Source of the DNA: Calcarisporiella thermophila CBS 279.70
Taxonomy: Eukaryota > Fungi > Calcarisporiellomycota
Length of the DNA: 64,000 nt
Assembly: GCF_041956535.1 (NCBI RefSeq)
Contig: NW_027192197.1
Coordinates: 1,178,341-1,242,340 of the forward strand
Direction of reading: 5' to 3'
Numbering within the stretch: the stretch's first letter is position 1; each line of letters begins with the position of its first letter. Shown piece by piece: positions 1 through 14,506 of the stretch. The translations under genes and the position numbers were made by a program. The notes under the pieces were generated by a model that worked only from the letters and a program-made list of their open reading frames with translations, ran no database searches and was not told where the DNA came from.

Positions 1-389
1 CAAGCGCATTGATGCCTTGGGTTTGAATTTTTTTACCACAAATAACTTCCAACTGAGGACGTTATTTACGGAGTCGGAATTTGCGAAGCTTTTTTTTATA
101 TCATTTTACACTGCTTCAACGCACCTATTCTCTCTCTCCTTTTTTATCAACCTACACATTCCGTCTTGATTCGTCGGCTGATGTGTGGGGGGATGAAAAA
201 CGAGACTCTACGGAGATTCGTTTTTGATTATTGATCGATCCTTATAGCAGACATCCCCCCCCTTCAAATTCATTCCATTTCTCGTCGTCTCCCATCATTC
301 CTTCCATACTTACTCTTTCTCACTTCTCTCCTTTTGCCCTCCTTGCTCTTCCTGTCTAGCTTCGCATTTCTCTCTACATAAGAGAGAAG

Positions 390-3300
390 ATGAGCTCCGC
401 TGCACTTACAAGTTACGATGCCCCTTCTCTTCTCTCTGGATCGGCACAAGCAGACAGCTTGATATATAAACTCAAGTTAGAACAGCATATAAATAATGAG
501 CGTGCTGCACGTGATTTCATAGAACGGACGTTGCGATGCCAGTTATCATCGCAAAGTTTACAAACGATCCTGAAGGATGGATCTATTTTATGCAGGTTGG
601 ATCTGGTGATTTTGGGGGCATGGATTATCTGAGAATCCTGACTTGCTTCTCTGTAGGTTGGTTAATGAATTGAGCCCTGGGACATTGCCTGTGAGAACAC
701 CGAAGAAAATGGCCTGGGAACAGGTATCACGAATTTATTTGTTCTGTTACATTGCAGTCGAGATTAATTCTGAATTTATTTTGCTAAACACTTTAGATGG
801 AATCGATCAGCCTTTTCCTGGATGGGGCACGTAAACTTGGTCTCAAGAATTCAGAGCTCTTCCAGACTCCCGATTTGTTCGAAGGACGTGATATGGCTCA
901 AGTGATTCTCACACTTTTGACGCTTGAACGTGTAGTCGCTTCCAGTAAACAAAAAACTTCCACGTCAAGAAGACCCAGAGCATACTCACAGTTACAAACG
1001 AAAAACGAGCAACGGAGGATTTTCCGAGAGAACTTTCCGCTTCGAAGCAGAGTTGAAATAGGTCCACTGCAGCAACCTCCGCGGTTAAATAGTAGAGTGC
1101 ATCGCCAACAAGTGTTGGAACCGTGTCAGAAACCTCCATTGCTCCCCTCAATCCCATCCTCTAGCTCTGTTACATCAATTCCGAGTATGTGTAGACAAGC
1201 AACAGATATGCTACCAAAGAGAAAAGCCCTTGTGGAACGACGCTCCGGCTTTTGGAATCGGCCAGCCCTACATAATTCGCCCAGCTTCCTACAACATGAC
1301 TCCCCACAATCTCCCCCTCGATCACCAACCTCCCTAACCTCGGTCGCTGAAAGCAAGAATCGTTCCCTTTCTCCCTCAATTCGTGAGGAAGTGGATAATG
1401 ATGAAGAGCCTACTACCCCGAAGCATCAACGGTATAGGCGTCCTAGTGTCATACCGGCTCATTCGGCGCCGCCTATTCGCCATGGTCGGCGACCCTCTGA
1501 ATTGGACAACCTCTCTCCTGTATCTCGGGGCAGTGTTGAGTCAATCCAATTCTCACCGACCAATTCTTCCACAAACACCTATAGATACCAGAGAGAAAAG
1601 CCTGAAAGAGTAAAAGGCAATACTCTGGTTCTGCTATCCGACGATAAACTAGTTGCTCAGTATCAGCTAGGAAACTGTGTAGGAAAGGGTCAATTCGGAG
1701 CTGTTTATCGTGCTTTGAATATGGGGACAGGACAGATGGTCGCGGTCAAACGGATCAAACTTGAGGAGGACCAGAAAGATAGGGTGGACTCTTTAATGAA
1801 GGAAGTCGAGCTTCTGAAAACGTTGTCGCACCCTAGCGTGGTTAAATATGAGGGCTTCATCAAAACCGAAGGTCACCTAAACATTATTCTAGAGTTCGTA
1901 GAGAGCGGGTCCCTCCTAGATGTTCTCAAGTCTTTTGGAACCTTTCCTGAAAAACTCGCTGCCTCTTACACCGCAAAAATCCTCGATGGACTCATCTATC
2001 TACACGATCGGCAGGTGGTACACTGTGACCTGAAAGCGGCCAACCTTCTCACTACCAAAAACGGGAATGTCAAGCTGACAGATTTTGGGGTGTCCTTGAA
2101 TCTGAAACTTCGGCCTGCGGATAGCGATGTAGTAGTAGGAACTCCCTACTGGATTGCTCCCGAAGTGATACAGCTGATGGGGGCAAGCACTAAATCAGAT
2201 GTTTGGAGTCTCGGCTGCACGGTGGTAGAGCTCATCACTGGGCAACCACCATATGCTGACATGATACCCCTAACGGCTCTGTTCCATATCGTAGAAGATG
2301 CGCATCCTCCAATGCCAGACGGCATTTCCAAGGAGCTGGAGGGGTTTTTGCTCCTCTGTTTCCGGAAAGATCCGGAACAACGCGCCACGGCCCGTGAACT
2401 GCTTGAACATCCATGGATACGAATGCACTGTGGGTCATTTGAAAAAGCACTAAGGCGACAAGAGAGTTTTCCGCATTTCCGAAGAAGCGCTCCTGTTTAT
2501 CCACCCCATGGGCTGATCTCTCCCACCTTGCATGCCACTGTATCAGACAAGGGTCTGCAAGGAGACGCTCCAACCCTCAACCTAGACGACCCGTGTCCTT
2601 CGACCCCTGAGCCACCTTGTACCATCGATCAGATTATGCTTCCTCCCTCTTCACCTCCTTCCATAAAGATGCGTCGCCATCTATCGGAGACCTCAAAGCT
2701 GGCACATGAATTTGTGAAGAGCTCTTTTGGCAAGGCAGTAGTGTGCAAAGTGTGTAATGAAGCGCTGAAACGAGGCGCAGTTTTTTGTCAGGCCTGCGGC
2801 CTTTACTGTCATGAAAGATGTCGATTCGAGCTTGGACGAGAGGACTGTACACCCAACCTTGAATTAAGCTTTTCGAACACACCAATCAAGCGGAGGCCCC
2901 CCCCAATCCAGACTAGCGGCTTTTTCACCCCTATCAAAGCGCTTTGTTCCCCAGTGCGCTCTCCTACCTCACGAAAGGATGTCTCCGTAAAACCCAGTGA
3001 TCCTACTAGTAAGCGCACACGAAAACTGTCAGAGGTATTCTCCTTCCATTCCCGCAACACGTCCAACGCCAGTATCACTACCAATTCCAGCACTTATACG
3101 ACAGATGGCAGCACTAAGAGCTCTCAGCACAACCGCTCTAGGCGTCGAGACCATTCTCAATCTATGCCCACTTCTCCTTCCGGGATCTTCTGGAGTCCGT
3201 TCTCTAGCGGCGGCATTGATATTGGAATTGGTGCCACCGGAAAAAAGGAGGTGAAGGAGAAAGGCCGTTTCCGTGCCAACTCCATGAGCCGAGAAGAGCT

Positions 3301-3439
3301 GGGTTCAGAGAGGAGCGGAGATCGGAGTCCTTCCTCTTCCGTGAGCGATGCGAGCACCATCACCATCCGTGACGAGATTCGGTCCAAATCCAAGTATAGG
3401 GGCCGCAGCCTACCAGGCGGTGATTGTGTATTCCAATGA
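390..3439 (+). CDS. Cdc15/SepH-like STE Ser/Thr kinase with an N-terminal calponin-homology domain and a C-terminal C1 zinc finger (3 exons: 390-595, 657-723, 797-3439)
   Basis: GT-AG introns 596-656 and 724-796 join the frames into ...LKDGSILCRLVNEL...WEQMESISLFL...LFQTPDLFEGRDMAQV (CH-domain pattern). Kinase motifs GKGQFG, VAVK, HCDLKAAN, DFG and GTPYWIAPE are intact. C1 pattern HEF...CKVC...CQAC...CHERC...C is present. Confidence 0.85.
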
Positions 3440-4017
3440 GTTTATCCCCTTCCCCCTTCTATTTCCACATCGCTACTCGAAATTATGATATTCCCCCTTT
3501 TTATTCCCTAAATTTATCTTGGCTGTTCTTTATCCATGTTGATTGTTAAGATAATCACTTTATTTTATACCCCCTCCCCCTCCTCCTTTTATTCAAGAGG
3601 CAATCTAGTATTATCTAGTGTTTTACTTTATGGATAGGACTTTTATTAAGACTCCCCTATATTATTCTTTCACTTTTCTTTCCTTTACTATATCTATTTC
3701 CTTCTACTCTCTCGTGCACTTCTTTTTTTTTTATCACGCCACCTCCCATTTCCTCTATTATAACCATTCGTTTTTTATTTTATTAAAAGTTTTATCTTTA
3801 CTGCTATCTGCTTTTTTTTTTAAAAATAAGATGGATCAACATACGCAAGAGTAACGTGGATGGCATAGATAGGAGTAATAATAGTAGTAGCAAAGGGGAA
3901 GGGGAGGGAAGTCTAGATGGAGCTTTTAAAAGGGGAGAAAAATACATTAAAAAGAAAGAGAATATTGGAAGACCTACGAATGTACAATAAGCAATAAGTT
4001 TTTTGGTTTAAATTAAA

Positions 4018-7000
4018 TCACTGGCCCTCGACAACTCCTGAGGCGGTGAAAGGCGTGAGCGCCTTCCTGGCACCCATGATCCGCTCCGCAAGTTTGCGCA
4101 CATTCCGATCCACGCCAACCACTTGCCACGCAAAGTCCACTCCAAACACATTTCTAATCACATAGACTATCCTCTTAGCATACTTTTCCTTCATCCAATC
4201 ATCGTCAAACTCCTCTTCTGGGGTGGTGAGGGCAGCGTCGAGAGGTAGGCAGCGATTTACAAGAGGCAAGAGCTGATTCACCAAACTTTCGTAGGACTCT
4301 TCGTCCTGCACGGGAGGGGGAAGCGTAATTTCGAAGGCCGGAGAACACGCCATGACGGTGTGGGTTCCGGAGTGATGGTAGCGGAACTCGTAGGTGCCAA
4401 CCCGCCATGGGAGCTTTTCGCCTCGGAAAACAATGCTTCCGCTCACGGTCTCGCCTCCTTGCAGGACCTCATAGGAGACCTCGTTGGTCTCTGCTTCGCT
4501 GGCAGGGTCTTCCTCGGCCATCCCTGGCACAACCCAGCTCCACTGTCCCTTGGAGCTGACGGACGTGATGGTCGGAAGTCGGTTATCCGTTAATTTGTAA
4601 AGGCCAATCCAATCTTTTTTCGCATGGTTGGCCGGCGCTGTCCATTCAATGGTGATTTGCTCCCCGTACTCAAACCGAGTTCTCTTTGGCAGCCTAAGTG
4701 TGTATTTGGTTAAGTCATACTGGTCGATATCCTGTGCAATCACCGGGATCAGAATCCGGGTTCGGGATGCCTCGATGAGCGAACGTGTCTCCTCCACCAT
4801 TTCTTTCAGGGTAGGCTTTGCAGCCTCTACTAGTTCTCCGATGGTATCAGCCGTCTCCTCCACCACTCGCTCCACTTTATCCACCACCTCCTTCACAAGC
4901 ATCTCGGCCATCCGTGTACTCTGCAGGGCAAGTTGGATCTCTGGGATTCTTTTGGAGACGTCCGCCTGTAGGAGTTTATCAAGTGGAGGCAGCGTGGCGT
5001 TTTTGATCGTGCGGGTAAGACCAGCTTCTTTGCGAAGTTGAGCACCGTAAAGCTTTTGCATGTGAGGGCTAAAGTAACCGAAAGAACGGCGTTATGGTCT
5101 CTGAATGACTAAATAACTTAAACACATCAAAAAAAAAACAACTTACTATTCAACATAATTCAAAAACAAAAAGTTGGACACCTGTGAGAAGAGTGCAAGG
5201 CCAAAGATGACTGGGTGATTGGCGATGAGGGTCATTCCCCAGAAAGCAGCATGGCCCATGATCTTTTCGGGATTGTTTAGATATCTGAAGAGATGCGCAG
5301 AGGGAGAAAATTGGTTAAGAGTGGGGAGGAGGAAAAATAGCGAGGCATATAACGCCTGACTGACCTGTATATCCCATTATAAATCAGGTGGGGTGGATGC
5401 TCGTCGATAAAGAAGTCGCCGTAGAACCAGCCGTAATCGCCAAGAGTTTCGAAGATACTCATGCTCGTCCAAACGTGTAAAACGACCAGCAGCTATAGAT
5501 AGCAATCAATGAAGCGTGTTTCAGGAGCCAAGAAGACCATAGAGTTGATTTATTACCACTCCCATTGTATGACGAAGAAGGGTGGTCCCATAGGTCCAAT
5601 CATCCGGTAATGTGTAGAAGCTGAAGCATGCAACTATGAAGCTCACGTAGGTCATACAGTTTGACAAATTATAAATCCTAACACATCACATAGCCCGAGA
5701 GTCAGTCAGTCTCTGATCAAGCCCTCCTCCAAACAAACCACACACTTACACCTTCCAATTCTGGAACGCGTCCTGGGGAGTAAAGCCATACTTGATGTAA
5801 TGCTTGGTAAAATGCTTACTCCGACTCTGTACGAGTAGCACAGCTCCAAGGATATAGGAATGGAAAATCCGCCAAAACAGAGCCTGCCCGATCACAAATA
5901 GCCAGGCTTGGCTGCCACGCATTAAAAATAACGGTATCACGGTTGAGTAGAAGATGATCATGGCAACGAAGAGATCTGTGGAACGCCACCAGTCGAAATT
6001 TTTAAATACAATTAGATCACGTCGGAAATAGGTGTGGTAAATGTCGCGGTTCGGACTAGTGCCATGAGCATCTTCGTGCTGGTTATCCTGATAGGTAGCA
6101 TCATTAGTCTTATTTTTGCATTTGTCCTTGGAGGAAACTGGCTTGCTATTGTAAGTCTTTTCGATGTCTACAATAATTGATGGAGTGTTAGTATTTCTTG
6201 GTTGCAAATTGGTAATAGCGGTTCCTCCTCTTACGCGGATTCTCAACATAGGTCAAGAAAACAAATTGTGCCACGTGCGCAATCAGACTCACATACAGCA
6301 CCGTATAACTATGCGTGATAAGCGACACCCCATAGTATCCTGCATATCCAACAGAGTACATCGGATGCGGTGCCATTTCAAATACCCCGTCGAAGGTTAG
6401 CGATTGCTCGATAAGGAAGAAAAAGTCTCCCCAGTCTGCATATACAAGCCGAGGTAAATGGTGAGAAGAGAAAAGCGAAAACGAAAAAGAATAGCGATAC
6501 ATTACACCAAGCAAAGTCTTTGACTACACGATGAGCATCCAATTTCACCCACACGTTGAACAGCACTAGCACAAGCCCGCCAATCCAACGCAGCGCCAGA
6601 CGAAGCCAATTTTCATCCGCAGGCGAATGCAGCCATGCGATTGCGAAGCAGACGTAGGCAGTGAAGTCATTGAGGAGGATGAGGTCAACAAGCTCGCGGA
6701 AAAGAAGCCAGGTATTGAACTCGACAGGCACCTCCTAAGAGTAAGAAAGACGGGTTTGGTGTTGAATACTAGTCTTTGGCATATAGATCGGATATTCGAT
6801 GGGCACGCAAATTCAAATCATTATTACCTCAAATTTGTAATCTTTACCCATTTTGGCGATCAATTCTCTTCTAACCCACTCCTTCTCCAACAATCCCCAC
6901 CTTTTCACAACCCTCACCAACAAGTTTCTCTCACTTTGTCTCTTCAAAAGATAGCCTAGTCCTCCATTATATGCCGCGCGCCACAAAAGAAACACGGTAA

Positions 7001-7400
7001 GGAAGAAATATTGCCGCAGGGTCGAAGGAAGAATGAGGAAGAACATGATCTGGGTGACCATGACGCCGAGAATTAAGAAGTCGAAAAATGACTTCTTGGA
7101 AGAGAGGGAGAAGAGCGATCGGAGCATATCGTGGGTCTCTGGCACTCTAAACACTGTTCAGGAAAAGTGAATAAAACGTGCTCAGGAGTGAGAATGGAGG
7201 CTCTCATGCTAAACATGACACCTAGCCATCGTACCTTTGCCATCGGACGTTTTTCCAAAGGTAACATTATTTTCAGTGACCCTCTTCAGTACCTGGGCAT
7301 CTATCATATCTCTCTCGTTTTCTACCAAAATCTCGCCATTTCCGGCCTCGTTGGCTTTTAAGACCTGGTCCCCATGTCGATGACGAAGCTCGTTCGCCAT
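4018..7400 (-). CDS. CHO2: Phosphatidylethanolamine N-methyltransferase (multi-exon)
   Basis: Exon translations include [68 protein letters not shown] and a C-terminal Ig-like segment (DWIGLY...YEFRYHH), all characteristic of Cho2. Confidence 0.93.
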
Positions 7401-7932
7401 TTCTAGAGTTGACTTACTATAAATTTCGGGGTATTGTCGACTGCTTCTGTTTATAAGAGCAGTATAAAGTTTGGATACTGCTACTTTTTTATTTTTGCAA
7501 ATCTTCCACTTGTCCTCACGTGTAAGCGGTGTTCAATGAATTTTGAATGATTCCTCTCACGAATATTAGATCATAACTTAGATTATTGGAGGTAAAGAGA
7601 ATAACATAAAACAGATAAAATGAATGGAGGAAGCCGGCCGAAAGCGGGAGAAATAAAAAAAAAATAAAGGCATGTAAAATAACGAAAGAATAAACAACAA
7701 CAGATCGTAACATTACTATCGCTAAAGATATATAAAAATAACAGTACTCAAGTACTCAGTAATACTATATATAATTTTTTTATACCTCCCCACTTGTAAC
7801 CCTACATTGCGCAAATTTTTCCTTTGGCATTTTATTCTTCAAGAAAAAGAAAGAGAAAAAAAAGTAAAATACTGAGAACTCTCTATTGTCTATAGTCGTT
7901 AAAGAATCGGGGGATATCTTGAGGGGACCAGC

Positions 7933-9403
7933 TCAGACCATGCCGTTCATCCAACATGCGACCCAAACTGCAACAGCAGAGACAACGATTGTGATGGCAA
8001 CTAGTGAGGGATATCCTTGTTTCTCTGGTGCAGGTTGATACTTGGGTAAATTGACATCGCACCACTTCTCAATCTATTACCAGATCAAGAGATCAATTAG
8101 TCTCAATCGCACGGCCTAGACCATCACATCCAGTAAGATTACCTGGCCACATGCAATGCTGATTTTCAAGAAATTTGGATCCCGGGTATCATTCTTTTTC
8201 GCAATCATCCTGGCATACCGCCGGAACACGTTCGCAACAGAGACGATATCGGTGCATTCGTAGATCAGCTGCACGGCTTCGCCCTTGCGAATCTTGACGT
8301 TACGCTTGAACACCTCGGGATTGCGCAATAGCAGGGCTAGGGTAGCGATAGCCATCACCTGGGGAATGGCACAAAAGTTGAAAACAGATTGATTCTTGAG
8401 CATGGAGAGATAGGTGAGGCAGTCGGGGACATGGGCTAGAGCATTGGCACACATATGGGAAAGACATGCAAGTGCCTGGAAGGAAAATTTCATTAAAAGA
8501 AGTTACGAATGGGGCTCTTTCTAGTTCTCGGTTTTTGAGTGGAATATGCGACACTTACTGCATCCGTGTTTTTTGGATCTTTGAAGGCGGCAAAATCGTC
8601 CGCATATTGTGACCAGATGTCCTTGGGCCAGAACTGGCGTTTGTCGATTAAATCCTCGAGATAGTCACGGATGATATTCGTTTTCTGGAGGAAATAACCC
8701 ATGGTGATGGCAAGCTGTGATTCCTCCAAGAGCCGTTCATCTAACAAAAGAACAAAATGATAAGTGCCCTGCATGGACATATGCCCGAAACAACGTGAAA
8801 TGCAATGTTACCTTCAAGTCCACTCTTCACGAATAATTCATTAAGCCCTAGCCCAACCAGGCCAGCAACGTAGTAGCAGTACAGGTCGAAATCCTTCACA
8901 GTTGCAACGCTTGTCTCAATCCTGTGCTCGCCATTCGCATACTTTGCCATACCCTCACCCATCTCCTTAGTAATTCTCGCAATCACGTCCTGCAGCGGTG
9001 GGCGTAGTGCTAGGAACTCGCTCACCACCACCTGAAATTCTACAAGAAGCTGTCTATCCTTTTCGTTCGGGCCGCTTTCGGTGAAGTTCCAGCCTTCCCG
9101 GCTGATGAGTTTGTGGAACTCTTGGAGAATTTCGGTTTTCCGTGAGAGCGGGAGCGTCATATCATCCTCGATGGTATCCAGCCCACGAAGCACAAGATAG
9201 AAAAGGCAAACTGGATCGCGCAAGTCCTCATCAAGCTCTTGGATGACGGCCGCAAATGAACGCGATGTTTGATTAAGGAATTCGTAGCAACGCTTCTTAT
9301 TTCCGGAAAAATTGGGTAAGGGTCTGCGAGGGGAGAGCTTGTATTGGATGAGGGCGGCGATTTCAGAGGGATATCCCGCCGATTGTATAAGAGTACCCAG
9401 CAT
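7933..9403 (-). CDS. ERG9: Squalene synthase (4 exons, C-terminal membrane anchor)
   Basis: Motifs [45 protein letters not shown] and [13 protein letters not shown]. Last exon IEKWCDVN...[22 protein letters not shown] ends at TGA 7933-7935. Confidence 0.95.
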
Positions 9404-9735
9404 CGTATAGGATTATTTTATAAGAGATTAAAGATGAAGATAATAAGCGAGTATTAAGGAACAGAGCGGGAAAAAAGAAGTTTTGTTCACGAATAAACAA
9501 TAGAACGGTCAATCTGCTGTTAAATTTTTCACCAATTAGAAATCAAAGGCCTCCAAAGTCCCTTGCAGTCAATTTCGGAAGGAAAAAAAAAAAATAATAA
9601 AAAAAGCTCTCATAGAGGGGGTATAACTCGCCTTTTTCCAGCAAGAAATGTGTATAGAATATGCATTTATTAGAAAACGAAGATCGTTGCGTTGAGAGAA
9701 AAATAGAGGCTGAGCAAGGAAGAAACAGCATAAGC

Positions 9736-12700
9736 TCAAGTTTCTAGCCTTCGGCATACAGTGTCCACTAACTCCTTGGAATCTAACGAATATAGTTTGA
9801 TTAAGCTCAATAATTCCTATCTCTCCTCCCCAAAAATCTAAATTTCCATGATCTCTCACCCTCCTCACGCACGTAAACAATCATATATGGGTTGGCGGTG
9901 GTGCCACTATCCGTAAATACCTCCTGCTCACTCACCTAAGAAAATCGTTGCGTACAGCCATCGTCAAGAGCCATCCACACACTAATTGGGCCGTGTTCGA
10001 CTCGAAGCAAAAGAGAAAACAACATACCTCCGTTACCGAAGCATCGTCGTATTTCAACCAGCGATCCCGCTCAAAGTCATGAATGTATATCCAGTAGTGC
10101 CCAAACTCTACTCCGCCTATCAGCGAAATTCCACCGATTAGCAGCTGACTAGCCATGCCAAAATTTCCCCATATAAGTACCTTGATGCATAAATACAGCA
10201 TGTGCTCGGTATGCGTGCTCTCTCAAATCACTAAATTGTCCTTTTAATTTTGGAATAAGCTCTTCAATTCGCTTTTGCGCTTGAGTCAGCTTCTCTCGCG
10301 CCCGATTTTCCTCCTCCACTAGTCCATTTATAACCTGCTCCACTTCAAGCCTTCGCGCGGTATCTGTATAGGTGGCGAGCTCTTCACGGAGAATGGCGAT
10401 CGCTGCCGAAAGCATGTCAGGCACAGGCAGCGGATATGTCTACCATTGGACAAGAATGCAGGAGAGGAAATGGTTAATAAGCGGGAAACAGTAGATACGG
10501 GCGATGCCCTACCTTGTTTTTAGTGTACTCCCCGACTAGTTTTTGACAATGCTCCAGCTCCTGTCTCCATCCCAGGACCTCTCGATGGCGATCCGCAAGC
10601 CTGTCTCGGTTCTCTGCGAGGTATCGATCCATGTAGACGACCTTATCAAATCGGAGAAACGCGTTCGACTTGTACGCATTGGACGTGGAGCGGTCGAATT
10701 GAACTCTCTGTATAAAGCATATGGGTGAGAGTCGTCGGCCTGCAAAAACGAAGCCGGCGCGTATTTACCTGTATCTGGATCTGCAATACAGGGGGCAGCT
10801 GGCTAATATAAACCTCACGGGTTGCCTCGGTCCCCTCGACCTCCACCTTTGCCGGCCCGAAATACGCGTCCAACCCGTCATACAAATCGTACCCCTCACG
10901 CGCATCCACAAATAGATGGATGAAGGCCTCCTCTTTTGCGCGACAAACGGGCTCCCCACTCTTGGTGTCGATGTAGGACAAGAGCTGCTTGGTTTTGCCG
11001 AAGAAAAGCTCGCGTACAATATTTTGTCGTTCGCCATCGGCCCCTGCGGAGGTCGGTTTCAACGCAGCCTCTATGAGGCACATGACATTATCCATACACT
11101 CGGTGACATCCTGTTGTACACCAAAGGTCATGTCAGTGTGATGGGTTGGGATTGATGTAGACATATTTGATGCTGCTGCGGTGGTTGCGGTGTTGGTAAC
11201 CGTCGCAGCCTTATCCGACGATGATGCCGGAGCGGAATAGCCCAAGAGTGGAGCAAGATCACTCGCTTCCCAAGCCTCTCCGGTCGACATCTTATCCTTG
11301 CTAGATATTACCAAGTCTCCCGTAGCGAAATCTTTGCCGGCGGCTTTTTGTGAACCCAATATCATCTCTTGGGGTAATGGTCGCTCTGGCCCCTTCATCC
11401 CAACTCCCTCCGTTTTATCCACCTCCATGACTTGTGCAGCCTCACTCTCCACTAAGTTGACATTGTCTTCACCCTTCATCTGCGATAGCTCATCTATGCA
11501 ACCTCTACTTCCCTCCTCTCTTGAAATCGGCGGCTTTTCAAGGGCCATTCGCGCCAGCTCCAGGTTGGGGGTGACAGAGCGCTGCCTCGAATAGATCATG
11601 GTCACAAACAACTCGCTCAATAGCCCGACAAATTTTTTGGCAAGTTTCACTTCTTGCCGCGATATTTCCCTTCCATAAATCTTTTTCCCGACCAAGGACT
11701 CCTCCTCCACGTGCTCATCCATGCGCATTACCGCCTCGCGAAACCCACGTATAGTGAAATAATATTGCAATAGCGAATTTAGATAACAAGTATTGCCCAC
11801 ATTTTCGAGACCAGCGGGGAGTTCGCCGCGAGAATGGTCAATCATCTCTATATCTCTGCCCAAATCACCACCAGCTCCTGCTTCAAATTCCTGCGACAGC
11901 TCTCCAAGATCAAGGAACCGCCATATCACTTGACTACTACGCGCAGAGGCAATGATACGAAGCGCGTCCTTCAACTCTCCACCGATTTCCCAATTTGCCT
12001 AACAACAAGCAAACATCTCAGGTGAATAAGCTCGAAATCCAAACGAATATGCACGGACAAACCTTTTCCTTATAGGCCTGAACCACCTCCAAGTCCTCTG
12101 CTCCCGATTCCACCCCCAGGCGTTCATACGCTGATTTTATATCTGATCCGCTCACTATCCCCTGAGATTTTAGAATCGCCACCTCCTCTTGCAAGGTCAT
12201 TGCTTGCCGTTCGTTTGCGATCTCAGTAAGCGCATCTAGATATTCGGGTGTCTTGCCGGGGACATGCTCAACCGCTTTGTGATAAGCCCATTTTATGAGA
12301 TCGTCGGACATATCGCTCATCACTCCAAGTGAATTCAAAGCCGCTTTGAGGCCAGAAGTGGGCACCGATGAAGAGGCGATCCAATGGCGAGCATAGGCGT
12401 TGACAACATGAGCATTTAATACAGGTTCCGCCTTCTGGAAAAGCTCGCGCCCTGCGGACACATTACCCATTTGCTCGCGCGCCACATGGAGTGCCAGAGA
12501 CAGATCAAGATAACCACGCTTCATTATGGGTTCTCTATCGGGAAGCGACTTGGCGGGTGGAGAAATTGCACTCTCTCCAATTTCGTACCCAAGTGCCTCA
12601 AAGCATGCACGACTTCCCTCGTCCAGACCTACTCGCTGCTTGAATGCGTTGCCTGTAATTGGGATGGCTCGATCGTCGCCTTCAAGTGCATTTCGTACAT

Positions 12701-13351
12701 AGCGCGAGATTGTTTCAAGCGCTAGGTTGAGGGTTGTTTTCCTATCCACCCCACTATTTCCGCTTCCTACCCGCGTAGAGAATGAATCGACGGGTCTTGT
12801 CCGCTCCAGGGCCTGGAAAACAGAGAGTGGAATTTGCGGTGCATGCACATCCACCTCCACTCGAAAGTAACACTCACAACAACGCCATACAGCTTTTTCG
12901 TTCTCCTGTCCCTGCGCTTGCGCCGGGTGAAAGTGGTGAATTTCCGACTCGGAAGAGCAACGACGCGTATCCATTTGAGAGTGGGTATTCACGTGAAACC
13001 ATTGCCGACATGAACCGCAGATTACAATCAGCGTTTCACCGGAAGTTTCGCTCGCAGCGAGCAAAGTGTTTAAATATTCCGCGAGTTCCGGTGAAGGATA
13101 GAGGAATTCGTGGACATGTGGAACAGGCCCAAGCTTATGCACAGTGAGAAGGTGATTCACCCAGAAAGGTGTAGTGATTCCCTCTTCAGCATAAATGTAG
13201 CGGGTACTGCGTGGAGGAAGAATGGGAAGCTTTGGTGAGGATATCAATGAAGCCGACTTGCCACCGGGATATACTTCTTCTAATGAATATATTTATCAAG
13301 ATATTTTACTAGATCTGGGACAAGAGAAAATATACCTTGCGAGTGGACCAT
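9736..13351 (-). CDS. UBP2: Ubiquitin-specific protease, Ubp2-like (multi-exon)
   Basis: Cys box GLENVGNTCYLNSLLQYYF, QQDVTEC, His box AVFMHQG...GHYWIYIHD...WLKYDD and NPYMIVY. A short first exon MVHSQ (13351-13336) splices to EEVYPGGKSASL. Last exon is DSKELVDTVCRRLET*. Confidence 0.88.
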
Positions 13352-14506
13352 CTTTTAAGTGCGTCTAAGCATTAGATCTCTATGGAGAGCGACGATTGTA
13401 CATAAAATATGTGGTCAGTCAACCTAGTGTCGAATTGAATAATTAAGTCACGCGGTCACGAGTACATTTAATAAACCCGCCAATCTTTCGTCTAAGAATG
13501 CTGTATATGTATTTATAATGGCGAAGGAATATACAATAAGAAAGAGAAGATGATATAAAAGGGAGGAAAAAGAGTATAGAATGGATGCGATATAGGCTGT
13601 TGTAGAATGGAGGGAAATTGCAGAGGCCAAGGTCTAAAGTTAGTCGGCGATTGATTTATGGGTGGCTTTGTGCATGGTTCACCCTCTTTAAGGTACCGTG
13701 AAATCGTAAAATAAAGACAATAGCAACTTTTATATTTCGAATATTTCGTTGTAGACAGTATGTAATAATTTTCATTTTGCTATTCCGATAACCTATCACT
13801 TGGCAACGCTGTTGCACGTTGTTAATAATAGCGCTGTTTTGAGGCGGTCAACTCTGTCTTTCTTACAAAAGAAAAAAAGGTTGTTTTCCGCGAAAGCTAA
13901 TCGTTTTAGCCCCATTGTTTATCATTGTCAGCGACCATTTTACAAAATAACATAGTGGCCAATTGAGCAAGTAATAGCCAACTGCCATATATACACAACC
14001 TATAAATACAGAACACCCAAGCCGTTAGAGGTGAACTAAATATTACTTTCGCCCCTGCTCCGTGTATCAGTTAATGGAAAAATTTTGAACAAATAAAAAA
14101 ATCTTTATTTTTTTTTTTTGTTATAAAGCTCCTACTTAGAATACTTCTGTTTCTTGGATATTTCAAAGGGAGGAAAAAAAGTAAAAGAGAGAGTACCTAG
14201 ACTAAAGAGAAGGGAGAGCTAGAGAAAATAGGAAAATAAAAACAAAACAAGAGTCGTGAAAGCACGCACAAAGTCAAAAAAACTAATATAATACTATATA
14301 ACCCACACACAATTGTATCAAAAAGTATAAAAAACTATCGAAGGTCTTTTTTTTGGGATTTTTTCGTAATACTTCTTAAATTTTGAACATAGAGAAAACA
14401 TTACCACATATGGGTTCATTATAAAAAACTAAGTAAAGCGTGAAACGGAGAACCTCTCCCCCTCATAACGACAATAAAATCTCTGTCTGTGATCTCCATC
14501 ATCCGA

